From contig NC_058368.1 of assembly GCF_018350175.1 (NCBI RefSeq), positions 51,213,815 to 51,277,814 of the forward strand: a stretch of 64,000 bases of DNA. The letters are read 5' to 3'. The position numbers were made by a program, and so were the translations under genes. Origin of the DNA: Felis catus (lineage: Eukaryota). Shown piece by piece: positions 38,601 to 52,100 of the stretch (position 1 is the stretch's first letter; each line of letters starts with the position of its first letter). The notes under the pieces were generated by a model, which saw only the letters and a program-made list of their open reading frames with translations, did not search any database and had not been told where the DNA came from.

Positions 38601-41600
38601 ATTCAATTTACTCTTCTAAACTTTTCTAATTTATTAGTCTTACAATGGTGTTCATTTGGTCTTCAGTCTGTCCTCTTAGCTCTGTGATATCTCCTTTTTA
38701 CTCATTCTGCTTTTTATCTCATTCTCATACTGTTTCATTAAACTTATGTCATTATCACGTTTCTCGGTACTTGAGTACTTACAGAAATGTTCTTTTTTTT
38801 CCTTGAGAGAGTTTTCTTTCAGATTGGGTTCTTCATCTGACTTTCATTACATACTATCTATTTTACTTTGGTAATATTTTAAGGGGGCAGATCTGTCTAG
38901 GTCTTCTGTTTGTTCTGATAAAGTATCGGTGGATTTCCCGAGACTTCCTTTTCCACACTATTTGATACCAATTTTTTTTTCTCTCCCAGAGATAACTTGA
39001 GATTTTATTGCATCCTCTATACCAGGAACCATCCCACTGAGTGCATGTTTATCCCACTTCTGCGCAGCATTCCCTGGCACCTTAGATTGTTGTTTTGCTT
39101 CAGCATGGAGCTCTGGGAAATAGGATTCCCTAGATTTCCACTTTCTTCTGTGACACTAGTGATGATACTAGGGGCTTCTATGCTAAAGGAATTTCCTTTG
39201 ACTATGATATTCTACGATACACAGAATATTCTATGATAGTCTAAGATACATGGAACCTTCATTTCATTGTCTTTACCTAGAAGTTTACGCCACTTGATTT
39301 TGATCCTAAAGAGTAATAATAACCCAACGAATCACATTTATCAGACTAGTCTCAAAATGGTTTCTAACTCTTAAAAACATCTATCTCCTTTAGAGATACT
39401 TTATTATCTTTATAGATATAAAAGGCTATACTGTACTCTTTGGAGAAAACTTCAAAAGCAGCTAAAAAAAAACCTCTGATGAATAATCCACACAGTTGGA
39501 GGGAAATATTACAAGTATTTTCAGCGGAAAATATATTCATTTGGATATGTAAGTTCTATTGTGTGTATTAAAATATCCACTATATTAGTTTATATTCACA
39601 ACCATATAGTATTAACACAGTGGCATATCTTAATAAGCATATTCTTTCTTCCTTCAGCAAATGTCTTCCTTTCCAATAATAATGTGTTTGCAATTACTCA
39701 TACCTGATATCTTGATGCTATACTAAACTTATCCTTTTTCAGTTAGCCACGCTGATTTTTCCTATCAAGTATTTCTTTTATCCATCTTTTTTCCCCATAA
39801 TCATTGCTAACACAATCCAACTTCATACAGTTAGTGGAAATCTTTGACTAAATTTATCAGCTTCTCAATTGACACTGTGAGACTATCCTTGCATTTTTAT
39901 CACATGGTTCCTCCTCCAAAAAGTTGCGGTGGTACCCGAATTCCCTCTGCATTATATTTAGATGCTTCTAGTCAGTTTTCAGGAGGGTCTTTACACTGAT
40001 GCTACCATAGCTAAGTGAGGGGGAGGAGAACACTGTATGCAATAATCCAGGAAGTTCAAGCTCTATTTTTGGTGCTACCTCTTCCGTGAAACCTAAAGGC
40101 ACTGCCTCAAAGTGACCTTTCTCTAGTCTGACTTACTACGGCACTACATGATACGATATATAATGGAACTTTTTACTTCATTTAGTTGATCTTTTCTCTC
40201 CAACTAGTCTGCCTCTGCTGTCAAGGACTATGCCTCATTCATGTATGTATGCTTTTTCTTACTGCTCTAATAGTTAGCAGAGCTGACTTAATGTCTTTCT
40301 TGAGATGGACAGATCTATAAAAGAACTTCTAAAGCATTCTTTTCTAGTTCAGTCTTTCTCCCACCACCAAACACTGGCTATTCAACAGAGAGGAGAGAAG
40401 TGAAATACCTTGGTGGCATAGATTTCATATTGCTCTCTGGCTCTTCAAACACATTAGGACTTGCATCAGGTGTTACGGATATGTATGGGGCAGGTACAGA
40501 GGTTGAACGTAGATATCTCATTTCATCCTGGAACAGGTTGTCATCTTGATAGCCCACAAAGTTTTCGTGATGATGCCTGCATTAAATTAAACCCAGTAAA
40601 TTCAAGTATGATGGCACCATAGATATTTTTCATTTTTAATCTCTTTCATAGAAGAAAAGTAGCACATGTAATTCTATAAGGGTAAAGTATTAAAATAATT
40701 ATAGATATAAGTAGGAGGAAATAAAAGTCGGACAATTTCACACATATATATTCTAGGTGCCACAAATAGGTCAAATCCAAAATTGAACTCATTTTCTTTC
40801 CTTTTGAGAACTTTCCAACCTCTGGTATCTTGATGAATGATCCCACCAACTAACTATCCAGGTGCCTAGGCCAAAGTACCTTGGTACTGTGGTAGGCCTA
40901 GTGCTCAACTGTGACCAGTCATTCATGCCTATGATTACTTGGCTTCCTCTCTGCTGACTCCATCATCGTTGCCTTGGTTCAGGCTCATATTTCTTGAATG
41001 GGCTACTGAAATACAGTCAGTCACGTTTTTGGTAGGAAGATATGTAAGAGTCAAATTTGAGAAAAATTAGACCCAAAAAATGTTACATCGGGGGGTGGGG
41101 GTGGGTTGTGGGTGTCCATTTCCCAGAGGGCTAAAAATATAAAATCCATAATTATGGTAAAATGGCATTTTTGGTTTTTTACATGTTTTACAATTTGGTT
41201 CTTTCCTTTTCAAACTGGAACGAGTTGTTGACCTAGTCTACTAAGTGGTCTGACTGAAGCTCAAGTCTCACATCCTCATTTTGTTTTTCATTCATTTTGT
41301 TAAAATAGTAATTACAAAATTAAAAAAAAAAAAAAAACCCCGGTATAATTTTGTTATGGAGAGGGCAACACTGCCAAAAATGGAACTGTTGGTTTGCAAG
41401 CCATTCCTGTAGGCAATTTGTAGAAATCTTCATTCATCAGCTGTTGAAAAAAAACCCGAACCTCGTATATGAAAGGGCATTTACAATGTCAGGATATAAT
41501 GTATGGAAGTATAGGTCACACAACTCAAGTCCAATATAGGAAATGGTATACAACAGGCTTCTCTCCACCTTCAGTCATGCCCTTTATGAAGTTTCCATGT

Positions 41601-43085
41601 TTGAAGCAGAGTGATAGTCTAACTGCAAATAAGTTCATATATTTCCCTGTTTGATATTCCTTAACTGTTCTTCTTGTCCATGGGATAAAATCCAACTTTA
41701 GTATGGGCTACACAGCCCCATATTACCTGGTCTTAGGTAACCACTTCTAGGGTATTTTATCTGTTTCTCCTAGTGGCCAATGCTTTAACCAGCCTCTGAT
41801 TCCTTAAATATGTAATGCTATTTCATGTGTGTCTTCACACATGTGTTTTACTCTGAGGAGTCGCTGTCCTCCATCACCTACTTGATGGATTTCTATTTAT
41901 CTTTTAAGACGGCTACAGTGTCAGATGCTCTGGGAGACCTTTCCCGATCTCCTTGGGAAGATTCAGGTAGTCTCCCTCTTTTATGCTCTAACAGCATCTC
42001 TTCATACTTCTATTATAGTACTCCTCACAAAATATTTTGAATGTTTTCTTTACATGTAGGTCTGTCTTTCCACAGAGTGTGAGCACACGGGAGTCAGGAT
42101 TTTATTACATTCATCTTGGTGTCTTCAAAGTCTAGCACAAAGCTGATACCCAGCTAACTAACATTTAAATGCTAACAGAATGAATAATGTAAACAATGAA
42201 AGATTTTGAGAGCAAATTGTTTCTTTCCACTTTAACATTCCCAACTAGTAACAGACTGAAGTCAGCTTACCAAAAAGTAAAAGACAGCTAAAGTCGTATT
42301 TCCTGAGACATATTTTGTATTGATAATACAAATTGATATAGTACGTACATTTTTTTTTTTAAATACTTACTACCATAAAGTGTGTACCCTACCAGTCGTA
42401 TGTTGGTCAAGGCAATTCCGAAAATAAATTCCTGGTGGTCTCTTTATTGTATACAATAGATAATGCAGTGTAGGTATTCAGAGCAGGATATTAATCAACA
42501 ATGGCTATTAATCCCAAGTGATTAAAAAAAAAAAGAAAACCAACCACCAAGTTATATTACCTAGCTAATGTCTGCAAGTAGAGACAAGGCATTTTAACAG
42601 GAAGATCTTCAGAAATGCCCTCCTTCACGCTGGGAAGCTGAGACTGAAATGGCTTTGCAGGATGGTAACACAGAATGCTTGGCTCTGCGGCGCTGCTCAG
42701 GGACAGCAGGAACAGCGCATTTGCTTTAATCACTTGGTGAGCTTCCATGGTGGGCAAGGCACGAGGAGTCTTGACTTGCATTGGCTTCCTCCTGGACTGT
42801 TTGACCTGGCGAAGAAAAATTTGTTGTAGTATTCAAATCATATTCAAATTTTCAATTTCTTAACCTAAATATTTTGAGTTTCTAATAAAAATTATTAAAC
42901 ACTTATAGACCTATTTTAAAATAATAATAGTGATTACCAAAAAGAACATTCACTGTAAGCTTTTCCTGAACTGTCTGCAAATTTTATTTCAAACACAAAC
43001 TATTTCTTTTCTTTCCTTGGGAAATCAAGAAAACCTAACTAGTAAAATCTAAATGTAATTATTTTTTTTTTTTTAAAAAGAGTAA

Positions 43086-43132
<47 letters not shown>

Positions 43133-46100
43133 CTGCAAATTTTTACTTGGGTGTGCTTCTAGTTTCCATGAGACCTACAGCATACTTAAGGATTAAGAAA
43201 AAGAGAGGGGGTAAAGAGAGGAAAAGGAAAAGGGTTCAGAGAGATAAAGGTGAAATGGAAAAGCAATGCATATGTGTAGAGTAATAGATAATTAATAATA
43301 AAGAATTACATGGAAAACAATTACAAATAAGGCATATGTGCTGCATATGCATATGCATATCTTGACATATGCCAAGATACAATTTATTTTTGTAATTAAA
43401 AATAGCTAACCTAGTACAAATATTAGAATTGTATATCATTCCTATTATAAAAGCTGATCTTTAATATCAACTAGGTAGAATTATCTGATATAGTACGATA
43501 ATTAAAAGGGATTTTTACAAGATTTTCTTATCATTAATAGTATGGTCAGAACCAAATAAAAATACCTTCTCCCTTGCAGCAGCCTGTTTTTCACGGAGGT
43601 ATTTTTCTCTACAGCGATCACAGACTAGATACCAAGTGCTTCCTCCTATGCCACCATCACCACAGTTACCGGCCCATCCTCCACAAAAATGCCCAATGCT
43701 ATTGTAACCTTGTCCACCAGCATACCGGCCACAACCTTCAAACAAGAGCAAAATTAACACTTTAAGTTCCCTTAACAATCTGACACTTATATGTGAATGA
43801 CAGATTCACCTTCTCAAAGTAAGCAAAATATTGAAGCAGGTATCTCACTTTTTTTTCCCCCAGGCTGTTAACTGCATCAGAAAAATAGCATTGGCAAAAT
43901 ATGATTAAACAGTACCTAAAATACTGGAGACACTCTATACAGGTAGATGAAAAGAAATTTAAGATGTGGGTACATTTAGGCTTACTGACATATGCCAAGA
44001 AAATTGGACAAAATAAATATAAGATATTCTGTAAGAATGATATATTTTAAGGAACCTTGTATTTTATAAAACATTTCAGGTGTAATATGTAAAAAGAAAA
44101 AAGGTTTAACCAAACTCCTAATAGGTGAATTTTGGAATAGTCATCAAGTGTTACAGAAATCCTTGTATTTATCTAAAATACAATCTTCTGATTTAATAGT
44201 TGAGATCACTTCTATAGGAAAATGCTCGAGGAAATTAGTATAATCTAATATAATTTGCAATTTTTATTAGGAAAATACTAAAATTGAAGGAGACCTAATA
44301 CTGGGATATTTCCTATGTGTATGGACATGTCATTATTTCTTTTGTGTGAGACACCTTAATAGCACCCTTTGGGTCACATATAAAGCATTAAAAAAATCAA
44401 GTGTTTCCGAATGGGATACATTAAAATGCAATTGCACTAAATTACCACCTTACTCTTATAATTTCTTTAGCTGTTTTCCTCAACACCGATATCGGTAATG
44501 CACTTTAAAGTTTCCCTGTACTTGAACATTTAAGTTATAGAGCAGCTCAAGTTAGAAGTTACTCAGTTCATTTTTTTACACAAAGTACTTGTAATATATA
44601 TTCAGTAATACTGTTTACCTGGGTGAGCCTGTCGCATGTGATAGGTAACGGGGTATGGATGGGATTCTCCACACAGCTCACAGATGGTGTCTTTCTCTGG
44701 TCCTCCGACTGCCAGCTGGGCCATCTCACCAAACAAATTACCCCTGGGCCGAACTTCTGTCTTTTCCTTTTTCTTTTTGTCTTTTTTGGCCTTCTTATTC
44801 TCTTTTTCACACTCTTTCTTTTTAAGGACTGCACAAGAACCAGGACTTGGAAAAATCATATTCTGGGAAGCTGCTTTGATAGTAGCCAAAGAGATGTCTT
44901 CCCAAAAAGCCACTAAATGTTGTAAAGTCAAAGGAAGAGGAGATTTGGACTTCATTGGGTGATGCATGGACATTTCGAAAGTGGCTTCGGTTTTCCCATC
45001 CTCACATTTTTCATGCAGAGGTGGTTCTTTAAGCATAGACAACACCTTATTTTTGTTGATACTACCCATTTTAGATATATCTGGTCCATGAGGTGCAATA
45101 TTAAACATATTCAGTGCAGATGATATTTCCAATGAATGTCTATTTTTTAATTTGGTTTCCTTTTCTTCTGTGGGCTGTTGGCTGTTTAAACTATTTCTTA
45201 TAGGAGCATGTTCTTTGGAAAGTTCAGGATTAAATTTTAAGAAAGAAGAACAAGCCATTGCATCGTGTACTATGCCTTCATGCCACAGGAAAGAGGCAAA
45301 GACTGCTCTGGCACACTCGGCCACGGAAGGGGACATGGCTTGCTTGGCCGGCTCTAAAGGTTTGGCTCCATCCCCTTTGAAGAGAAAGCTGGACTTTTCC
45401 TTTTTGGGCCTGGTGTGCCTGTTAGCACACTTTCGACTTATTTTGGGGGATGCTCTCATTTCCTGCTCATCTTTCAGTGGTGCTTTTCCTATGCTGAAGT
45501 GAACTTTATTTGAACCTTCATCAACACTCTTAAATTCACTACCTTCATCACAGGTGCTATCCGTTAGACTATTTGTTTTTAAAGTACTTGAAGTGCAGAC
45601 TTCGACCACCTCACTGTGAAGGTTTTCTTGTACCACGTGAGGAGAAGGAGCTCTATTTTCGGTTCCTGGGGAATCTTTAGAATCCTTTGGTACTGGTTTT
45701 GGTTTTGGTGATGTTGATCGTCCCCTTAACGGTTCTGTGAGGGGCATTTTCTTCTTGCGTAGGGTATCTGGGTCAAGTGTGTAAGAGTCTGATTTGGAAC
45801 GTTCCCGAGGAGGATCAAGTTTAGTCTTAACAGGAGCAGTGCTTTTTTGAGGTAGATTTTTATCATGTGGTGAGGAGGAGCGCGGAGAACTAGCACCAGA
45901 TGGGCTAGACCTATTGGCTGGGAGAGTCTTTGGCTTAGGAGATGACGACCGAGAACCTGGTCCTGGAGATTCAGCTCTAAAGCTAGAAGACACCCTCCCA
46001 TCAGATTTTAGTGTCTGCAAGGTATTATGGTTGGGGGACAAGGACCTGCTATGAGAGTCTGACCTCAACTTTGCAGCATCAGATTTCAACATAAGGGATT

Positions 46101-49100
46101 CACTAGCTGATAAGCCTTCTGTACTCCTTGGCTTCTTCTGATCAGCAGTAGTTCGGCTCATACGTCCATCAGGTTTAAGTGATCTGCTGTGTTTGGAGGA
46201 CAGTTCTGATTTTCCTGATGTAGAGAGTGGTCTAGAAGATGTTGAGATAGTTCCTCGGTCACCTGTATGGTCCATTTCATAGTGAAACTTGTTAATAAAA
46301 TCGTAACTTAAAATTTAGCCACTAAACACTGAAATAAAAGCATAGCATGAATAAAAAATTCATGTTGTCATACACAAAAATACTTGAATAAAGGAAGAAG
46401 GGAAAATGTTTCTCATAAAATTTCTATTGCATCATTATACAACCATTGCCACCAAAAACTATTTTCATGGATGCACAACAGACTGAATAAATAAAACTTA
46501 TACATCAGTATGAATTCCATATCTGAATCTCAGCCCTGGTATAATAATTTGAATTTAAATTCAGGGACAGACTAGAAAGAAAACACAACTATTTTTTTTG
46601 GAATAAGAAATTAAGAAAACCTATGTATTTTTCAATATAAAGTAGTCAAGCTAAATTTCCAGCAGAGTCCTATCTCACATCCTTATTAGGGTGATGGTAT
46701 AGGTCTTACTGAATTGCAAAACTGAACTCATATAGATACATTTATTATTTTCAAGTACACAAATACAATTAGGCTAATAAAGAGCTGCTTAGAAAACCCT
46801 CCAATTGGAACTTATGGATTAGAACTTATGATATATGAAGGCCTGAAACTTATTATTTAATTACATACAGTTCAGGCAGTCTATTGCTTATAAACAGATT
46901 ATATCCTAAAAGTTTATTTAGTTCATTAAGCTTAGCTGGTTAGAACTCAAGAGTTTATGTCCTTTTGGAAAAAAAAAAAAGAAATGGGAGGATCCTCAGA
47001 ATCAGTACTACAAGTCTGAATCATGGGACCTTGAAACAAGGAATCAGGAAAACAGAAAAAAAAAAAAACAACAGATAAAAACATTCCCTCTTTCCTAGGC
47101 AAAGCACTAGCTATTTCTACAGGGTCGCCATTTGTTTCTGGCATTCTGCCCTCACGCAATGTGTCTCCTTCCTCATACTTTGCTTTGAGGCATCAGAGCC
47201 AGGTTTTCTTTGTCACCAGTAAGTAGTCACCCTACAACGTTACCTTTCTTCCCTGAAGTAAAAACTTCTACCTTTAATGCACGTAATATTAATTAGTTGT
47301 CAGAAGAAAAGTAATCTGATTAAAGTGATTCAAGTGGTATTAAAAACTGAAAATCCATAAACCTTGCTAGAAGTATTTTTATTTTTTGAAAAAGGCTACC
47401 TAGTAAATTGAGATGGTTCTCTTAACTGGTTTTATTGTAGGTATTTCTCTCTCTCTCTCTTCTTTTGAAAAAGGGATGAAAACAAATTTGGATATGTAGG
47501 AAAATGTTTTTTGGCTGGCCTGTGTGTGTGTGTGCGCGCACACACGTGTTTCTAGTATAGGCCAAGGCAATATTGCCACAGAATCTGCCCTTCTAATGGA
47601 AGGTCCGTTAAGGAGTGGTATTTTTGTCTGTTACTCTCCATTGATACAATGTTGTTAAGAACAGGTCCTGGAATATAGCATATGCTCAATAAATACTTTT
47701 TTCTTCTGCTATTCCCAAATTTCAGATCCTCTGAAAATCCACTTTTTGCAATTAGGACTCCTGAGGCCACAGGGCAAAGGTAACTAGCCACTGTGGTGTG
47801 AGAATCAGATGCTTACAAGTCAAGTAATTCTGTAGTAAGACCATGAAGTGTGGCAGCCTATCTAGGGCATATTAATAAACTGAATACTTAGTTTAACTGC
47901 AACATGTCAGTGTTCACAGTAATTATTTTCATTCTTTGGATGAATAAAAATAACTATACTAAATATAATGCTCTTCAGTTTCTACAGTTCCTTATCATTC
48001 TATCATGAATTTCATTTATCATATGTAGTATATGTTCTTTTTATAAAAGCAGTATAAGAGATTGGGCTAATTTGAGGGAAAAGTCATGGAAAAAAATCAC
48101 AATATAGAAAAAAAATCCTAGATACTGATACTGTCTTAGGACCTAGAGCACAGATAAAAAGGTGTAACAATCCTGATAAATAATTACTCTCAAACTGTAC
48201 AAAAGTAGTTAACAAACTGCTGCTCATCTTATTGATCCAGAAATAGATCCACAGAGAAGTTTTATAAACAAATACACTGTATTTGATAGAATTAAACATC
48301 AGTCTAGTCCTTTCCACTAATTTTTAATGTGTGATGTTTGGGGTCCTATTTTTTGTTGTTGTTATTAATCTGACAGCTGGAAGTGCTTTCACCATCACAT
48401 TTATTTCAGAAGCTGAACCATAAAGATCAGTAAATCTAGACAAATAGTAGCCAGTAAATCTTTTACATTTGCCAGCCCTCTAAGAGATCAATTCATGAAT
48501 TGAAAGAGGTTTGCTTTCTAAATCAATGGTGTGCAATTCCTCATAAAGCAAAATCTCTGTGGCTGGCCGAACAATGAAATCTTATGAATATCAGGAACAC
48601 CACTCGTCATATGTTGGCAAAAAATGTCTGCTATATAGAGAGGGTTGGAGAGTACAGGCACCTATATACTTCATCTCTATGCCTCTAGTGATGGTGAATA
48701 TTTTCTTAAGATCTCTAAGTGGTGATATCTGAATACCTTTTGGGAGTCCAAGTGCATAAATAATGCAGAATTATTTCTTCCTGAATTGTTAATTGCCAAA
48801 TTATAAATAACTCCTCTTGAAAAACTTATTTTTCAAAATATATTTCATATATTTTTAAAATAAAATGTCAGGTTTGTTAAGTGTGTAGAACCATGTGCTA
48901 ACTCATTAATGTTTATCTTCTTCATTTGGGTTTAAAACATTTTGGATCACTGGGTTCTATTCCTAAAACCAACACTATACTGTATGTTAAATAACTTAAA
49001 TTTAAATAAAGAAATTAAAAAAAACCCAAAAAACCATTTTGTAGCATGTTGTATTACTAAAAATTGTCATGTTGTGGTTGCTTCAAAGATCAATAAATAT

Positions 49101-52100
49101 AAACAAGTCAATCTAAAAATCTTTAGAGCACACATGATAACTTACACTCATCACTAAATTTAGTTTAATGATTGTAGTTATCATATGTAAGTTTAAGTGA
49201 TAACAGGCAAAAATTGTTTAACCTCAATGGAATTCTGTAGAAAAATAATAAAAGACAGGATGGAAATTTAGCACATTCAAACAAATTAGTAAACATGTTA
49301 AAAACATTTAACATGTATTTACTCATTAATGCCGTTTATAATTTTTTCATGCCCAAATCATGAATCATCAGGTTATATGTTACCATACTATAACTAAAAT
49401 AGTACATTGTGCTATGCCATAATATATATCAGGTTTGACAACACTATATACTGAAGAGATCAGGGACTATAATCCTATTTATTATCCTATGAGACTACAT
49501 ACTATCACTATTAACTGTACAAAGGAGAAACGTAAAAATGTTTTACCCATTTCTAGGAAAAAGGAAAATTACTTGAAAAACTTATGCAATACATTAACCA
49601 CTGGTGCAAAAAACAACTTGATAAAATTTTCTTAAAATACAGAATTTTGAGTTTAATTAAATATTAGTTTGAGACAAAAATAAGAGTAGGCACCTGTAGT
49701 TTTGTAATGAACCAAAAGCATATTTTTAAACTGCCTGAAATTTTATCAATTGTCATGGTAACTAAGAAAATACTATAAGGAAGACTCGATGCCAGACAGG
49801 ACAGGTAGGTTGATATCTATATATCTATACATCTATCCTGATAACTAGGTTAAACTAAAAAACTTCAACTTAACTATCAAAGTGTTTTGCATAAAAAACT
49901 TAAATAGAAAATGATTTTAACATTCCATAACAGAAAAAGGGGTTTAAGACTAAACCTGTCACATAAGATACTATGTTCTTACAGATCACAATGTGCTTTA
50001 TGCCTTATGTGTATATAACATCTTGTTTTGATAATGACTTTACAACTCCCCAAATCAGGCATTTCTTTCTATATACCTATTTTATTTTTAAAGATCTTAT
50101 ACAGGTTTGAAATTAAATAAAAGTAAATATTCAACCTATAGATATAATAAACATGCATGACAATTAGGATAATTAATACTACAATACTGAATAGACACAA
50201 CACAAATTACCCCAAAATATCAAATTTTAAATAAAATGATAAACTTTAATCTTAAAAAATGGAATGGGATGGAAATGACTGAGGTGAACTAATGAAACTT
50301 CTTTATTGAAACCTCCCATGTTCATTACGAATGGCCCATCAGTGAATGCACGCATACCCACCCTTGAGTTTGTGAGACAGAGATGAGAGAGCAGAGGCAG
50401 GCCCAGCTACAGCATAATTTTTGTAAATGCGCTCACGAGAAGCAAGGTTGTGAGATGGAGATTCTATAGTGGAAAACATTGGCAAAGAAGCAGCACAGAT
50501 TCAATGGAAAAAAAATTCAGCAGAGAACACAAGCAGAAACAAAGCATTTCAAATGGTATGCACAATCACCTTATTAAAAAGTTCATATTCAGCTAAATTT
50601 TTCAACAGGTTTATATTTCTCTAAAATTAAAACTGAAAACAAAGGTCAAACTGGTTTAAATTAGTAAAGATAGCTCAAAATGCATTAAAAGCTAAGTAAG
50701 ACTCATTGCTCTCATAAATCAAAATTGAACATTTCTTTTAGACTAATATTTCTTTAACTCAGTTTTCTTTTCTTTGGTGCTCATTTACTTATAAATAAAA
50801 GTTTATAAGTAAATTTTGTTTTCTTTTGTAAATAGTGGGAGATACAGAAGCATTACTTACAGTTTAGCATAGCTACTGTCACCTGGTTTTCTGTATGGAC
50901 ACACGATTATGATTTTTCCAATATGTATGGAAACATATAGGGTTGACTACTTTTCTGAGTCCATTTTCAGTGGGCAATGTTAGTGCCACTCCCTATATTT
51001 AGTGTTTGTTCTGTAAAGCTTATTACTGAGATACCAAATTTTGTTTCATAAAAAGTTTTGCAACACAAACAAAGCAAAGAAAATTTACAAGTCACTGAAA
51101 AATGCTAGACACATTAATGATTTTACCATGCAGAAAATGAAGTACTTAAAATTATCTTTTTTTCAAATAATTAATAGAACCCCTAAATTGTAGTCTTTTC
51201 AAAGTTGTATGCTAAAAAAAAAAGGCTCTATCTAAATCTGAAAAAACACCCATTTTATTTGAAATTTTAACTCATGGCAATTAAATCAACTGAGCTGAAA
51301 GAAAGTAGTAAGGGGATAGCTTTCTTGTTCGTGAAATAAAAAATTGGATACAACATACACTGTTCTCGAAAAGGAAAAGTAATAATTGACTGATTCATTA
51401 GTGTGGCCAAGATTAAAGATGGACTACTCAAAAACCAAGAGGTCACTCCCTGCGAGGTATGGACTATGTATTACATGTCAGACATTATTCTGAAAATTGA
51501 AGATAAAGAGATGAATAGATATAAAGTCCATGCTCTCATGGAACTTATCTTTAGGTAAAAGGAGAGACAACAAGCAAATATATACTAGGTCAAGTGGTGA
51601 TGAACTCGGGAGCCACAAGCATGCAGATGCTGAGTGACATTCCATGCCTGGAGAGGACCAGTTAGGGAGTGGGGTCCAGAAGAGACAAAGCCCTGGGACA
51701 TTCCTAGGAAGACAGAACAGAGGAGGATGCAGAAAAGAGAAATGAATAGTCAATGAGGTAGGAAATATCCAGCAGAAGGTATTTCAGGGAAAAAAAGAGC
51801 CATCACTCTGTCAACACACTGCTGATACAGCAATAACATGAGATCTGAGAACTGAAGACTGAACTTAGCAAAACAAAAGAGACTAGAGTAATTTCTGTGA
51901 ACAAGGACAACGGCAAGGACCCCTCGGAGTGGGTTCAAGAGAGAAAAGCAGGAATGTATGGAGAAATGTGACAAACGTGCCCTCAAATCATCTTCACCTA
52001 AATTTTAAAAAATGTTAAAATTTTTAATGTTTTTGAGCAAACCTCTTTTTGAACTCTATAAAAACCCAAAGGTACCAGGTGCTGCAAAAGGAATTCTCAT

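Noticed and set aside
44623..45502. Plus-strand ORFs (97, 92 and 116 aa) overlapping the large exon
   Set aside because: Antisense shadows of coding sequence; no independent support.
47521..47549. Alternating purine-pyrimidine palindrome (tg)n-cgcg-(ca)n with Z-DNA or hairpin potential
   Set aside because: Ordinary short compound microsatellite; no evidence of function.
49694..49734. Possible 41-nt exon (TTTCAG|GCAG...CTACAG|GTGCCT)
   Set aside because: Weak donor, frameshifting and no other support; sites like this are expected by chance.
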